Assembly (NCBI RefSeq): GCF_964355755.1
Contig: NC_092670.1
Span: forward strand, 7,988,201 to 8,052,200
Direction: 5' to 3'
Origin: Antedon mediterranea
Lineage: Eukaryota > Animalia > Echinodermata
DNA: 64,000 bases
The first letter of the stretch is position 1; every line of letters begins with the position of its first letter. The notes beneath the pieces are model-generated. The model saw nothing but the letters and a program-made list of their open reading frames with translations, made no database searches and had not been told where the DNA came from. Positions 49,577 through 62,480 of this stretch are shown here, one piece after another. Both the position numbers and the translations under genes were made by a program.

Positions 49577-51988
49577 ATGGAGTTCAAATGTGAACACTGT
49601 GGAGATAAATTTGAGTTAAGTGATTTGAAGGAGCATTTAGGAATACATGTGCGTTTTAAAGAGTTAAAATGTGAAAACACAAACGATGTTGAACCACAAG
49701 ATGAGACACCCTATGAGAAAGAAGGTGAAAATTTGGAAATAAACGCTGCCATAGAAACTTCATATAAATGTGAACATTGTGGGAAGCATTTTGAACAAAA
49801 AGAAGATTTGAAACAACATTTGCAAATACACAGAGAAGAGAAACCATATGAATGTGAACAATGTAATAAAAGATTTAAACAGAATGCGAATTTGAAGAAA
49901 CATTTGAGAATTCACACAGGAGAGACACCATATGAATGTGAGCATTGTGAGAAAAAATTTAAAGAAAGGGGGAATTTGAACAAACATTTGCGTTTACACT
50001 CAGGAGAGACACCATACGAATGTGAACATTGTGGTAAAAAATTTAAATGTAGCGAGAATTTGAAAAAACATTTGAGAATACACACAGGAAAAAAACCTTA
50101 TGAATGTGAACATTGTGGGAAGAAATTTGCACACAGCGGGGCAATGAAAACTCATGTCAGAATTCACACAGGAGAAAAACCATATGAATGTGAACAATGT
50201 GGGAAGAAATTCGGAGCTAGTGGTTCTTTAAAAAAACATCTGAGAGTACATACTGGAGAAAAACCATTTGAATGTAAATATTGTTCAAAGAAATTTAGCA
50301 CTAAAAAATATTTAATAGTACACACACGGTTACACACAGGAGAGCAACTATATGAATGTGAATATTGTGGGAAGAAAATTAACAATAAAGACAACTGGAG
50401 AAAACATGTGATGCTACACACAGGAGAGAGACCATATGAATGTGAGCATTGTGGAAAGAAATTTAGAGGTAATAGAAATTTAAAATTACATTTGAGCATT
50501 CACACTGGAGAGAAACCATTTGAATGTGAATATTGTGGGAAGAAATTTAACGATAAAGGACAATGGAGAAAACATGTGATGCTACACACAGGAGAGAGAC
50601 CATATGGATGTGAGCATTGTGGAAAGAAATTTAGAGGCAATAAAAATTTAAAATTACATTTGAGAATTCACACTGGAGAGAAACCATTTGAATGTGAACA
50701 TTGTGGTAAGAAATTCCAATGGCGGGAGACCTTCAAAAATCATTTGAGAATACACACAGGAGAAATACCTTATGGATGTGAACATTGTGGGATGAAATTT
50801 AAAGGAGGAAACCAATTGGAAATACATTTGAGAATTCACACAAAAATAACGCCACCATCTCATAATTTGGAACAGAACAAAGGTAATGTAAATGTAAAAT
50901 CACCGTTGAAAATACTCAGACCACCATCTGGATCTTATGGATGTGAACAAAAATTTATAAATAATTTTATAACACACAAGAGAGAGACTGAATCTAAATG
51001 TGAACATTGTGGAATAAAATTCGAAACTATTGAACATTTAAAATTGCATTTGAGAATACACATAAAAAAGGAAATACCACCATATGAAATGGATTGTAAA
51101 GAAGAGACACCATATGGAATGGAACATAAAAGAGAGACACCATATGGAATGGAACCTAAAAGAGAGACACCATATGGAATGGAACATAAAAGAGAGACAC
51201 CATATGGAAAGGAACATAAAGAGAAGACACCATATGGAATGGAACATAAAGAAAATAGTACACCACATGAAATAGAACATAAAGGAGATATACCATATGA
51301 AATGGAACATAAAGGCGATATACCATATGAAATGGAACATAAAGGAGAGACACCATATGAAATGGAACATAAAGGAGAGACACCATATGAAATGGAACAT
51401 AAAGGAGAGACACCATATGAAATGGAACATAAAGGAGAGACACCATATGAAATGGAACATAAAGGAGAGACACCATATGAAATGGAACATAAAGGAGAGA
51501 CACCATATGAAATGGAACATAAAGGAGAGACACCATATGAAATGGAACATAAAGGAGAGACACCATATGAAATGGAACACAAAGGAGAGACACCATATGA
51601 AATGGAACACAAAGGAGATATACCATATGAAATGGAACACAAAGGAGATATACCATATGAAATGGAACATAAAGGAGATATACCATATGAAATGGAATAT
51701 AAAGGAGATATACCATATGAAATGGAATATATAGGAGATATACCATATGAAATGGAATATAAAGGAGATATACCATATGAAATGGAACATAAAGGAGAGA
51801 CACCATATGAAATGGAATTTAAAGGAGAGATACCATATGAATTTGAACATACAGGAGACACATCATATGGAATGGAACATTTAATACACAGAACACAGAT
51901 ACCATATGAAATGGAACAATTAATAGGCATAGGCCTACACACAGGAGAAACACCATATGAGATGGGAACATTGTGGGATCGAATTTAA
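49577..51988 (+). CDS. C2H2 zinc-finger protein 2 (no KRAB), ~15 fingers plus an in-frame acidic linker-repeat tail, 803 aa
   Basis: ATG at 49577 aligns with the starts of the other two paralogs; tandem fingers, then ~26 PYEMEHKGET-type repeats. Confidence 0.9.
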   Translation: MEFKCEHCGDKFELSDLKEHLGIHVRFKELKCENTNDVEPQDETPYEKEGENLEINAAIETSYKCEHCGKHFEQKEDLKQHLQIHREEKPYECEQCNKRFKQNANLKKHLRIHTGETPYECEHCEKKFKERGNLNKHLRLHSGETPYECEHCGKKFKCSENLKKHLRIHTGKKPYECEHCGKKFAHSGAMKTHVRIHTGEKPYECEQCGKKFGASGSLKKHLRVHTGEKPFECKYCSKKFSTKKYLIVHTRLHTGEQLYECEYCGKKINNKDNWRKHVMLHTGERPYECEHCGKKFRGNRNLKLHLSIHTGEKPFECEYCGKKFNDKGQWRKHVMLHTGERPYGCEHCGKKFRGNKNLKLHLRIHTGEKPFECEHCGKKFQWRETFKNHLRIHTGEIPYGCEHCGMKFKGGNQLEIHLRIHTKITPPSHNLEQNKGNVNVKSPLKILRPPSGSYGCEQKFINNFITHKRETESKCEHCGIKFETIEHLKLHLRIHIKKEIPPYEMDCKEETPYGMEHKRETPYGMEPKRETPYGMEHKRETPYGKEHKEKTPYGMEHKENSTPHEIEHKGDIPYEMEHKGDIPYEMEHKGETPYEMEHKGETPYEMEHKGETPYEMEHKGETPYEMEHKGETPYEMEHKGETPYEMEHKGETPYEMEHKGETPYEMEHKGETPYEMEHKGDIPYEMEHKGDIPYEMEHKGDIPYEMEYKGDIPYEMEYIGDIPYEMEYKGDIPYEMEHKGETPYEMEFKGEIPYEFEHTGDTSYGMEHLIHRTQIPYEMEQLIGIGLHTGETPYEMGTLWDRI
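51080..51862 (+). repeat. ~26 coding 30-bp tandem repeats (PYEMEHKGET/DI)
   Basis: Unit CCATATGAAATGGAACATAAAGGAGAGACA, homogeneous in the centre and diverged at the edges. Confidence 0.93.
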
Positions 51989-52642
51989 CCAGAATGACAA
52001 TTACATTATACTATTAATTTAACAATATCAAGTTTACCAGGGGCCATATAAAGTTTATCCTACTGCCGTAACTACACTTAGGCATACTTGTAGGAGGGAT
52101 CGAGGGGAGGGTGTAATGTTTATCGCAGTGACTATCTCAAATAACCTCATCCGTTCAGTAGTATAACTTTTGACCTGATCCTTAATTTTACTGTAAATAT
52201 ATTTAGAAGAATACATTGGTTAGATAATGTTTAAACTATAAGTTACTAATAAGTTACTAATACTGTAAAGATGTATTGTCCCCCAAACCGGTTAAAATCA
52301 ATCAAAAACACATTGTCTTCCAGACAATTTGTCTGCTTTAGCTTACAGTTTTTTTTACGTTAATATTTTTTTTCCGATCCAATTTGTGGTGAATAGTGAA
52401 GTGAATAACTATTATGTAACATTAAAATGGCATATTCAACAAAACATTTAACAAAATTATTTTTTTCAGATTCAAAATATACCTTTAAACAATTAATTAA
52501 TTTGTGCAGACATATGTCTTTTTTTCGTTTATAAACAATTAGCGTCATTATGACAGGGTACAGATGATGGTTGAAGTTAAACATGTTTGACATTAAATCT
52601 TTCGTTTTTTGATCATTTTTCTTTGTCTTTTTGTTTCAATTT

Positions 52643-52766
52643 AAAACAAGGCCATATAGGTGGCTGGCTGCAGTCGCGTGCTCAAGTTAGTGTTTATGAC
52701 CAACCTACCGACCAACCGACGGACCGACATAGTGAGTTGTAGAGTCGCGCTGCACGCGACTAAAAA
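52643..52766. mobile_element. Short HINE/DINE-1-like element
   Basis: AAAACAAGGCCA..GTCGCGTGCT..(ACCG)n-like tract..CATAGTGAG..AGAGTCGCGCTGCACGCGACTAAAAA; same termini as 43869-44712. Confidence 0.7.
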
Positions 52767-55373
52767 CTTCAGTTCCTGTTTTAATACGGAGGTTGGAGAA
52801 AACGTTAGAAAATGTATTCGTACGTTCATGAAAAGCGGAATAATATCTAATTTTTCTACATAATTGCAAGACGTTCAGCGTACATTCGAACACTGTAGCC
52901 TACCTTTTACAATTATTATAACAATTGGTAACGTAACAAAAGTCAACCACTAAAGTAAAAACAGTACTTTTTTGTAAGTGTGTGTGTGTCTATTTTCTAT
53001 TGTTTGTTTCTTCTGTTGGATATTAATGGTGCTAAATCTTTTACATGAACGGAAGATGGAATCGTATTAATAGTAATAAAAGAGTATGCAAATTATGATG
53101 AATACTTTCGTTTGTCCCTTTTATTCAGATAATATTAGAACTAAATATATGATTTCCTTTAATTCAAATAACACAAATTGAAATATATTTATCGTTGTCT
53201 GCTACAAATACTAATCTAGTGTTGTTTTAATTTAGACGTTCTAAAAGGAAAGCATGATGGTCAAATGAACAATGTGTAAGTTTATTTGTAGTTATTTGAA
53301 TTACTGAAACAAATTGTAATACAGTAATTCGTATTAAAAATATATAATTTGCTATTTACCACTTTCAGCTGAATATGCCTCACTTTAGTCAAATGAACAA
53401 TGTGTAAGTTTATTTGTAATTATTTGAATTACTGAAACAAATTGTAATACTTCTTCTTCTCTAGACTTCTGGTCAAGGGCATTTATACAGCACATAGGCC
53501 AGAGGCCCGAAGTAAACCGATATCTTTTCTCCTTTCTGCCCACAGGTATCAGGAGACATCAGCGACATTCATCCAGATGAGCACCATGAAATAATATGTA
53601 ATAATATGTTCTTGTTGTGAGTTTTTAATATTGGTATTGTTGTATTGTCATGTTATTTTATATATTGTAATTATGATGTATTTGAAGACGAGCAATGTAA
53701 ATTTTCTCCTTGTGGGAACGAATAAAGATTATACTTGATACTTGATACTTGATACTTGTACATATTATTATATTATTTACAAAAATTAGATGCAGAAAGA
53801 AATATTTCTTTTTTTAATTCACAAAAAATGTATTTAGACATATTTTCCATTAAAGTGATATTTCTGGAAGCCATTAAAATAATGAACTTACTTTCAGAAG
53901 GGAAATTATAAAACTAAACTGGTAATAACTCATGACGTAACTTATTTAGAATGGACAAATTAACAGAAAGTGATATTCATCATCTATGTTATTGCTATGA
54001 CATAATTTATATATTCTATAGTAATTCGTATTAAAAATACATAATTTGCTTTTTTCCACTTTCAGCTGAATATGCCTCACTTTTTATTGAGGGTAAGTGT
54101 TCAATTAAAACAGATCAGATGATAATTTAAAAGTTATATTGTTCTGTTTCAAAACAAATTGACTTAATATATAATAGTCAATTAACACAACCTTTACAAT
54201 TATACACAAATATTTTTTTGAAAAAGTAGAATTTCAAAAGTATTATAAAGGCGTGTATCCTACTGTATTATGCAATTTCTATTGTAGTGTTCAATCAAGT
54301 CCACCCAATTTCATCGCCACGCCACTCTAACAATTGTTTTATGTTATTGTCCCGGTGGGTGCATTACAATCAATTAGTAAAATAATCTAATTTGCATATA
54401 CAGTCTCAGCCAATTACGTGTCCTGCCGGTCTTGCTGAAGACTTCTTTTCCTCCCATTCCATTAATAGGCAGCAAGTGGACGACTGATGAGAGACGATAA
54501 TTAGGTAGGTAGGTAGGTAGGGTTGCCACAACTAAGTTTAAACTTTTATACGTTAATTGTTGCCCTTCCAAGTTTTTACGAATTGTTGTGTTTGCCTAAA
54601 TTGTCTATACTCTACACCCATTTCTGTTGTTTTCTTTTTCTCCTTACTTTTTGAAAAGTTTACTTGTGTTCAACATTCTAAATACTATTAGCAGCATAAA
54701 CATTGAGGTACTCAATTGAGGGACTGTGTATTAGCAAAGGAAAAGAGGAGTTTTTTTATGATTCGTACACATTTAAATATTTTAGATGTATTCACTATTT
54801 CTTTCAATTGAGGCAATCACGGTGTATAATGTTACATGTATGTATTTGGACCATGTTTCTTACGACGATACGAGAACTACAGTACTGTATAGATTAAAAA
54901 CAGGTTTTCCGATTCCCTATACATTTTCAGTGTAAATATAAATTATTCTAATTTATAAATAATAGCGGAACCAGAAGGCAGGATATAAAAGTTGTAAAAT
55001 GAAGTGAAGTGTCCAATATTTTACATTAAAATTGAGGGGTGTGGGGCTTCCCCTTCCTTCTGGATCCATGACGTGAAAAGTTACCCACTGCGTCCGTTCT
55101 TCGATTCTTTCTGGAAAGCTTGGACAGCTTTACCTCAGGCGGCTGGTGAATGTTGTTACATCTCCCTGGTTAAATGTACTAATGGGAACTTTTCCACTTT
55201 GATCCACGTGTACCAGTACGTGTACTGAAAAATACAGGGTTTATTATTTCCATTCTTTTTATATTCTTTTTCTTTCAAATTTTTATTTAGATATATGTGG
55301 AGAACGACGATTGAAATTTGACTTTATTGATAAACAAAAACTAATCGATCAAGTAAAAAAGAGGAAAACCAAC

Positions 55374-56546
55374 ATGAAGTACAAATGTGAACACTGTGGA
55401 GATAAATTTGAGTTAAGTGATTTGAAGGAACATTTAGGAATACATGTGCATTTTAAAGAGTTAAAAGACTACGAGCATTTTCAACTACATGATCAAAAAC
55501 GAAAAGAAATTGAGAATTTGGAAATACACACCACCGAAGAAACTTCATTTGAACATTTTGGGAATAAAGAAAATGAGAATTTAGGAGTATGCACCGATGA
55601 AGAAACTTCGTATGAATGTGAAAATTGTGGAATGCAATTTAACAAAATTGATGTTTTAAATAAACATTTGAAAATACACACAAGCGAGACACCATATGAA
55701 TGTGAACATTGTGGAAAAAATTTTAAACAGAATGCTAATTTCAAAAAACATTTGAGAATTCACACAGGAGAAACACCATATGAATGTGAACATTGTAGGA
55801 AGAAATTTAAAGAAAGGGGGAATTTGAATAAACATTTGAGAGTACACACAGGAGAGAAACCATATGAATGTGAACATTGTGGAAAGAAATTTAGCTGCAG
55901 TCAGAATTTGAAAAAACATTTGAGAGTACACACAGGAGAAACACCATATGAATGTGAACATTGTGGAAGAAAATTTAAACAAAGTGGAAAATTAAAAGTA
56001 CACGTTAGATCTCACACGGGAGAGACGCCATTTGAATGTGAACAATGTGGTAAGAAATTCAAAGCTAATGCAAATTTGAAAGATCATTTTAGAGTACATA
56101 CAGAAGAGACGCCATATGAATGTATATTTTGTACAAAGAAATTTAAGTCTAATGGGTCTTTAAACTCACATTTGAAATTACACACAGGAAACTTACCATA
56201 TGAATGTGAACAATGTGGGAGGAAATGTGCCTCTAATGGAATATTAAAAAAACATTTGAGAATTCACAGAGAAGAGAGACCATATGAATGTGAACATTGT
56301 GGGAAGACATTTAAAACAAATGAAGGATTAAAATCACATTTGAAAACACATGGAGAGCCACGGTATAAATGCGAATATTGTGGAGTGAAATACCAAGATA
56401 AAAGGTGCTTCCAAATGCATTTGGAAAGACACACAATAGGGAATGAATGTGAAGATTATATTATCAAATCCAATTGCAATGATATGTTTAACTTACGCAC
56501 AGAAGAGACATCGCATGGTAACATTTATAACTTGCATACATTTTAA
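55374..56546 (+). CDS. C2H2 zinc-finger protein 3 (no KRAB), ~11 fingers, 390 aa, no repeat tail
   Basis: ATG 55374 ([24 protein letters not shown]); acceptor TTTAG at 55290; tandem fingers. Confidence 0.9.
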   Translation: MKYKCEHCGDKFELSDLKEHLGIHVHFKELKDYEHFQLHDQKRKEIENLEIHTTEETSFEHFGNKENENLGVCTDEETSYECENCGMQFNKIDVLNKHLKIHTSETPYECEHCGKNFKQNANFKKHLRIHTGETPYECEHCRKKFKERGNLNKHLRVHTGEKPYECEHCGKKFSCSQNLKKHLRVHTGETPYECEHCGRKFKQSGKLKVHVRSHTGETPFECEQCGKKFKANANLKDHFRVHTEETPYECIFCTKKFKSNGSLNSHLKLHTGNLPYECEQCGRKCASNGILKKHLRIHREERPYECEHCGKTFKTNEGLKSHLKTHGEPRYKCEYCGVKYQDKRCFQMHLERHTIGNECEDYIIKSNCNDMFNLRTEETSHGNIYNLHTF

Positions 56547-59500
56547 ATAACATGTGAGAATACACACAAGAGAGCCGAACATTGTGTACACAATGTGTAA
56601 TGTCTCTATTTTAATTTTACAGCGAATAATATTAAGATACCAGTGCATTTTAGAATAACAGAAGAAATTGAGCGTTATTTATTTTTTCCATTAAAAGTAT
56701 TTTTCTTGTATTAAATAAGTTTTAATTTGATTGGCCTTGATTGATTTCTTGTAGGAAAGAACATCTATGAATTTTACATCATTTTTAGGAGGTTGATGTT
56801 ATGACATAGGTTTTAAACGAATAATACTGCTTTTTAATAAGTGTCAATTTTATCATACAATGTGAATACTGTACGTTGTATTACTATTTCAAATCGTTTT
56901 GTTTAATATCTGCTTCTTTTTTGTTATGTTTGCCCATTTTTGAGCAACAGTAGTTTTGGCCAATCACAAAACAGTACAAGTTCTACCGTACAGTGTGTAC
57001 TGTATGAAATCGCACACAATTTCAATACTGGTATGTTATGTATCGTACTGTATTTGTTAAGTTATGTTGTTGTGAAGTGTTGGACTTAAACCACACAAAA
57101 TGATTCGTTTTCGTTCTATTGTATATAGCTTTGGTTTTTATTATTTATTGTTCTAATTTTGTGGCTGTAACGCTTAACCCTCTACTATAATAAATTGAAG
57201 ATGTCCTATACCATTCTCTATTTGCCTTTACTAATCGCACCGATTTTTCTTTACGATAGCTAAATGTGTTAAAATATATTACACAAAAGACAACACAGGC
57301 ACACTTAAGTTATGTCGTTATTGCTATTTTAATTATATTTAATTTGGTATATGATGCAAAGGCAAAGTTATTCTTTATTTGCTACTTAAATTTAAAGTTA
57401 CAATATTCATCACTGATCACTCAGTAGAAATTGTTATTTTCATTTGCAAGCTTGAATTAAACCCTAAGAAATAACATTTTCATAAATAGGCCTAAAGACA
57501 TTTTTATAAAATTTCTTAATTTAAAACAATAAAAGGCGTAGGCCTATAATTGAAAAAAAGAATGAGGCCTAAAATGGATTTTTTTTAAAATAATTATAAC
57601 ATAGAAGAAATGTTTTTCCGATGTCTGACGGTTAGTGACAATGAATTGAGACGGATCACCAACTTGGTCGGTCTTCAGTAAGTTGATATTATTATATGAG
57701 TAGGTTGTCCAATTTTTATTCTATCAAACCATCTTGACTTTGGTCGACTTTTCAATTTTTCCTTGCAAAGGTGTCTTCTAGAGATATGCCATCTTCTAGT
57801 AAAATGAACGAAAGTGTTGAGTTTCTTTTTTTTAGTAAATTACTTTTTGGATTTACTCCTTGTAGTACGACTGGCACAGTGGCTCTTTTCATTGTTTCAA
57901 CCGTTTCAAGCCCGGTTTCAAGTGTGCCATTCCAGGTTGCAAATGCATATGGAATTGTAAAGATCAGTGGCGTATCCAGTGGGAGGCCGGAGGACCCCCC
58001 CCCCCCTCCCTGATTTCGTGTCACATCATCCCGTCCGTCGACAAACAAAGGTGCCGAGGAAAAAAATAAACTATTTTTCTGACAATAATTGAACTGTAAA
58101 CATAATTCTTTTGAGTGTTTGTTTATTTACATACCATATCCCTTCAGATCAACTATTTTTTATTTTCATTACATCTAACGAAACACGTAAAAAATGTGGT
58201 CAAAATATCGTACTACTTAGCACGTACGTACGGCCGTACGCGGTATAGATTGTTTACTCAAAAGTCTTACCTTACCCTTACCCTATTCAACCTTGTTTTT
58301 GCAGTTGAGCCTCTCCTCATGACCTGGGATTTGTATGTCTTCCTACGCTAAGATTATATAGTTCCACATGCCATGTGCTTTTTTGTCTAAGATATATTTA
58401 TTATAAGTGCCAAAAACCCGTTTTTTTTCTCGATATGAGGCCTTTATTATTCAAAATTTTTAAAGAAAAGCACACATACCATAAAAAATATCCATGTATT
58501 TCATTTTTGGAACAGAATATTCCCTGAGGCTCAACTACAAAACCACAATTTTGTGATATGATGTCATCGTAAGCCAATCAAAGCTGAGCTTTCTCGCGAT
58601 TGGCATTGCTCACGGTTGAATGATTTTGGATTCTATCTGATTTGATTGGTGGATGCGAATCACCCGCAGCGGAATGTTTTCTCTCGCGCGTGTACCATGA
58701 ATCTCTCTGATCGTTACTACACAAAGTTAGAGCAATGAATTGGCCCGAATTCCGTTAAGTAAACAACTTTATATATTTATAAGCATTTAATAACATGTTT
58801 TATTGATATTTCCAATGAATGGTGATATATAAAATAAATTACTAAAAAATTTTTTTAATTTTGAAAAAAAGTGGGTCATTTTGAAGTATCATAATAGTTA
58901 TTAACTTTCACCAAAAATTAGTTTTAAAAAATTTAACCGAAATACATATGTTTTTTTTGTTCAAAAAATAACTTTGACTTCCAGTCAAAGTTTTCAATCA
59001 AAACATATCTCATAATGCAACGCACTTATTTGGCTACTCTGTATGCATAATCATAAACCTTTCTCGCGATCTGTGTGGAAACACCTTCTCAACCGTGACA
59101 AGTTGTAAACAATCCTAATTAGCATCATGCATAATGCATACTCATGGTTTGAAATCTTTGTTTACTTTCGCTTGCGACGATTTCCCAGACGAAATGTAAT
59201 CTAATTAATTTACCTGTTAATTATGTAAAATTGTTGTTTTTGGCTCGAATTTTCGACTTAAAGTGAATAACTTTAATATTACTTTGATATGGCCAATTTA
59301 AATTTAGAATATTTTTTTTCATTTTTTGTGTTTCAAGGGACAATACATCTTTAACTAAATATGTTACATATATATACAGTATATACAATATTTACACATA
59401 AGTTGGCTTAATTTTTACATAGGTTTATCCATCAGTATTTTTACTTTCTTATTTTTTTTATGGACACATCCTCAGTACAAAGAATGTTTTAAATATATAC

Positions 59501-60569
59501 TGTATTTTAACTAAAATTCAGTATATAAAATAATTTAACTTAATTACATAATGTACAATATTTACACATATGATAGTATTGCCCAATAGAATTTACTCAT
59601 TTTTTTAGGCACAGGCCTAGGCCTAGCCTAGGGCTTCTACTTCTAGGCCCATAGCTAGCTACCATTTTAAAAATAAAACCCCAAACAATCGAAATAACTA
59701 TTCCGAATCTGTCTTATGCTGCATTACGCGAGTTAACATATTATTTCAGATGAAAAACATTGAGTTTTATATTTTTTTATCCATACGTAATTACACCAGC
59801 ATTAAAGATAACATTAAAATGTAGGCCGTTTATGAGCGGGTTTATGAGCTATTTCGCCGATTTCTTATCGCTGGGAAATTCCCCACCAGCGACATCGATC
59901 GATCGAGGAGTAGGCCTAGGCTAGAGGCCTAGCGTGCATGCCGGAACGGGTGGATTATTGCTATATAAATAACAAGTTTGAACAAAAGAGCTTACGAAAA
60001 TCTTAGGTAAATTTTTATTAAACGTAGGCCAACTTGCTTGGCGAATCCATGCCTTTTAAATAATTTAACATGTTCGTATTATCGGATCGTACAGTAAAAC
60101 CAAATAAAACAACCTCGTCGTGCGATGTGCGATCTGTTGTTCTTTTTGCAGCGGATCAACATTGGTAGAGTTCATTAATTATGAGGGTGTTTAAAAATGT
60201 AATAACATAACTATTAAAAACGTATCTCAACCACTGTGTAATCAAAGCGTTTATTTAGTTAAAACTTGGACCCTCCCAAAATTGATAATCGCGTATTCCG
60301 GTTACCACGTGATTGATTCACGGTTGGTTGCACGCTTCTTTTTTTTCTACGTCCGGCGTGTAGTACACCGTGCATGTTTATATTATTGTTACGGTTTAAA
60401 CAAAGGCAGTGCATACAAATAAAAATACAATAATAGACCACGGAGACTGCATGAATAGACATTGTTTCAACATCCTGCCTCACTTTTGTTTGGTTATTGA
60501 CTATTGTTGACCTGGGCTGAGCCTGGGTGTAACCGTAAATCAATTTGGCCAAAAATATGGGGAAATTTG

Positions 60570-60684
60570 AAAATGCGGTAAAAAAAATCAAAATGCGGTA
60601 GAAAACGTCGAGATAGCGGTAGCGCGGTAGATGGGTACTAAAAGCGGTAGACTACCGCGAGTAGCGGTAGACTTGGGACCCCTT
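60570..60684. mobile_element. hAT-like transposon terminus with subterminal repeats
   Basis: At least six GCGGTA(G) motifs plus one inverted copy, ending ACTTGGGACCCCT; partner end not identified. Confidence 0.45.
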
Positions 60685-60975
60685 GGTTAAAATATAATAT
60701 TTTAACCAAAAATGGCGTAGAATTGTCGACTGAGGCCGCAAATTGTTTTACTTCTTTGCTTTCGTTGCTAAAAACGATCATTTTCGGCGATGTTTTAGAC
60801 CCTATATTTCGAAAACTACAAGTCAGATTTTCCTAATTCTTTCTTTATTGTAATATGAATACAACATACTAACAGATGATGTTGGTTTGGTTTTAATTTT
60901 GCATCGTTATTCATATAAGACAATATGACTATGCAATTCTAGAACATATTGATCAGGTGTATGTAGGCCTACAGA

Positions 60976-62473
60976 TATTTATTTATTTATTTATTTGGAA
61001 TTACACCTTTAGATCGGTGGCACACTTAGCACAAAGGTGCATCCTTCACAATATAAAATATAACAATTAACAGAAAAGTAAAAAAAGGCAAAAGCAACTA
61101 TCAACCCCTATCCTACCCCCCCCCTCCCCCCAATTTACATCGATACATACAGTAGATCATTACTTTACGCAATGAATACAAAACAAGATATAGTAAAAGT
61201 GTATAAAATAAAATAAAATCAACTGATAAACACAGCTTATTACGAAAACTCCCCCCCCCCCCCCACTTTTTTTCAATTAATTAATGTAGCAATGTAGATA
61301 ACATAGTTATTGAGTCATGGAATTCAGTGAATCATTTCGAAATTTCCATGCTTGTTTTAGGTATCTTTTACAAAAACTATCCAAAATATTTTCACACTCT
61401 TCATCAATTAAATTATCTGAGTATCCCAAAATATACTTAAGTTTGTCATTTTCATGAGAAGTATAAAAAGTATCAAACATATCTTTGCTGCCATTTCTAT
61501 ACATATCCACATATAAATTCAATAATTCCTGATTACGTATATTATTTAAAGCTGGACAATTAAGGATGAAATGATGGATGTCTTCGTCCGAATTTGTACC
61601 GCACAATTTACATTTTTTATTATTATCAATATTCCAATTTGCAGTTCTATCATTCAAAGGTAGAGTATTTGAACGAGCTTTAAATTTTAATGCAGCAAAA
61701 TTAATTTTATCAATTAAGTAATATTCAAGTCCAGGTTTTGATTTTAATGTTTCATAGATGTGGAGACTTGATTTATTTTGTAATTCAATTCTCCATTCAT
61801 CTATCATTATATAGTTAAGTTTTCTTAAGATTTCAGAAATTGGAAAGTAGACTTCTTTATAATTTGAGAGAGTGGTGAAAATATTTTTGGATTCACAATT
61901 ACACTTCAAGAGAATATCGTTTATACAAGATAGAAACTTATACCTTAAGTCTTTACATTCACAATTAAGTTGTAGCATTTCAATAAACATAATTTTTGGC
62001 CATCGATAGTTTTCCATCTTTATAATTCTATGGAAGTATTTCATACGAAGAGCGTTATGAATCTCGTTAATTGGAGACCAACCAAGCTCTCCATATAAGG
62101 CGGCACAAGGTGTATTTCGAGGTGCTTTTAAGATATAACGCGCCATTTGGAGCTGGAGACGCTCAAGTTTATCTATATCTATTCTACTTAAAGAGCACCA
62201 TACTGAACAACCATAGTTGATAGATGGGAGAACTATCGATCTCCACAGAGTATTCCCATAATATACTCTGTTAAAGTTATCAAAGCTACTGATAATTGAT
62301 TTAACGTACGCTATTAGTCTTTGACCTTTTTTTATAACATTCTCAATTTGTATATGGTCATTTAATTTACGAGAAATATGTACACCGAGATATTTATATG
62401 ATTCAGTTTCAGATATAAAGCCATTACCTAATTTCCATTGTCTTACTTTATCAACACGTTTACCAGTTATCAG
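60976..62473 (-). mobile_element. 5'-truncated LINE (RTE-X-like) with an intact C-terminal reading frame
   Basis: Open from 62473 to 61307: YKYLGVHIS, LPSINYGCSVW, ALYGELGW, LKFKARSNTLPL and a CCHC knuckle CKLCG..EDIHHFILNC; (TAAA)n tail at 60976-60996. Clade assignment tentative. Confidence 0.8.
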
Positions 62474-62480
62474 TATATAA

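Noticed and set aside
57752-60591. Short ORFs and a possible large DNA transposon in this interval
   Set aside because: No recognisable protein motifs; only unpaired or local inverted termini (57965, 58295/58520, 60684), so element boundaries cannot be supported.
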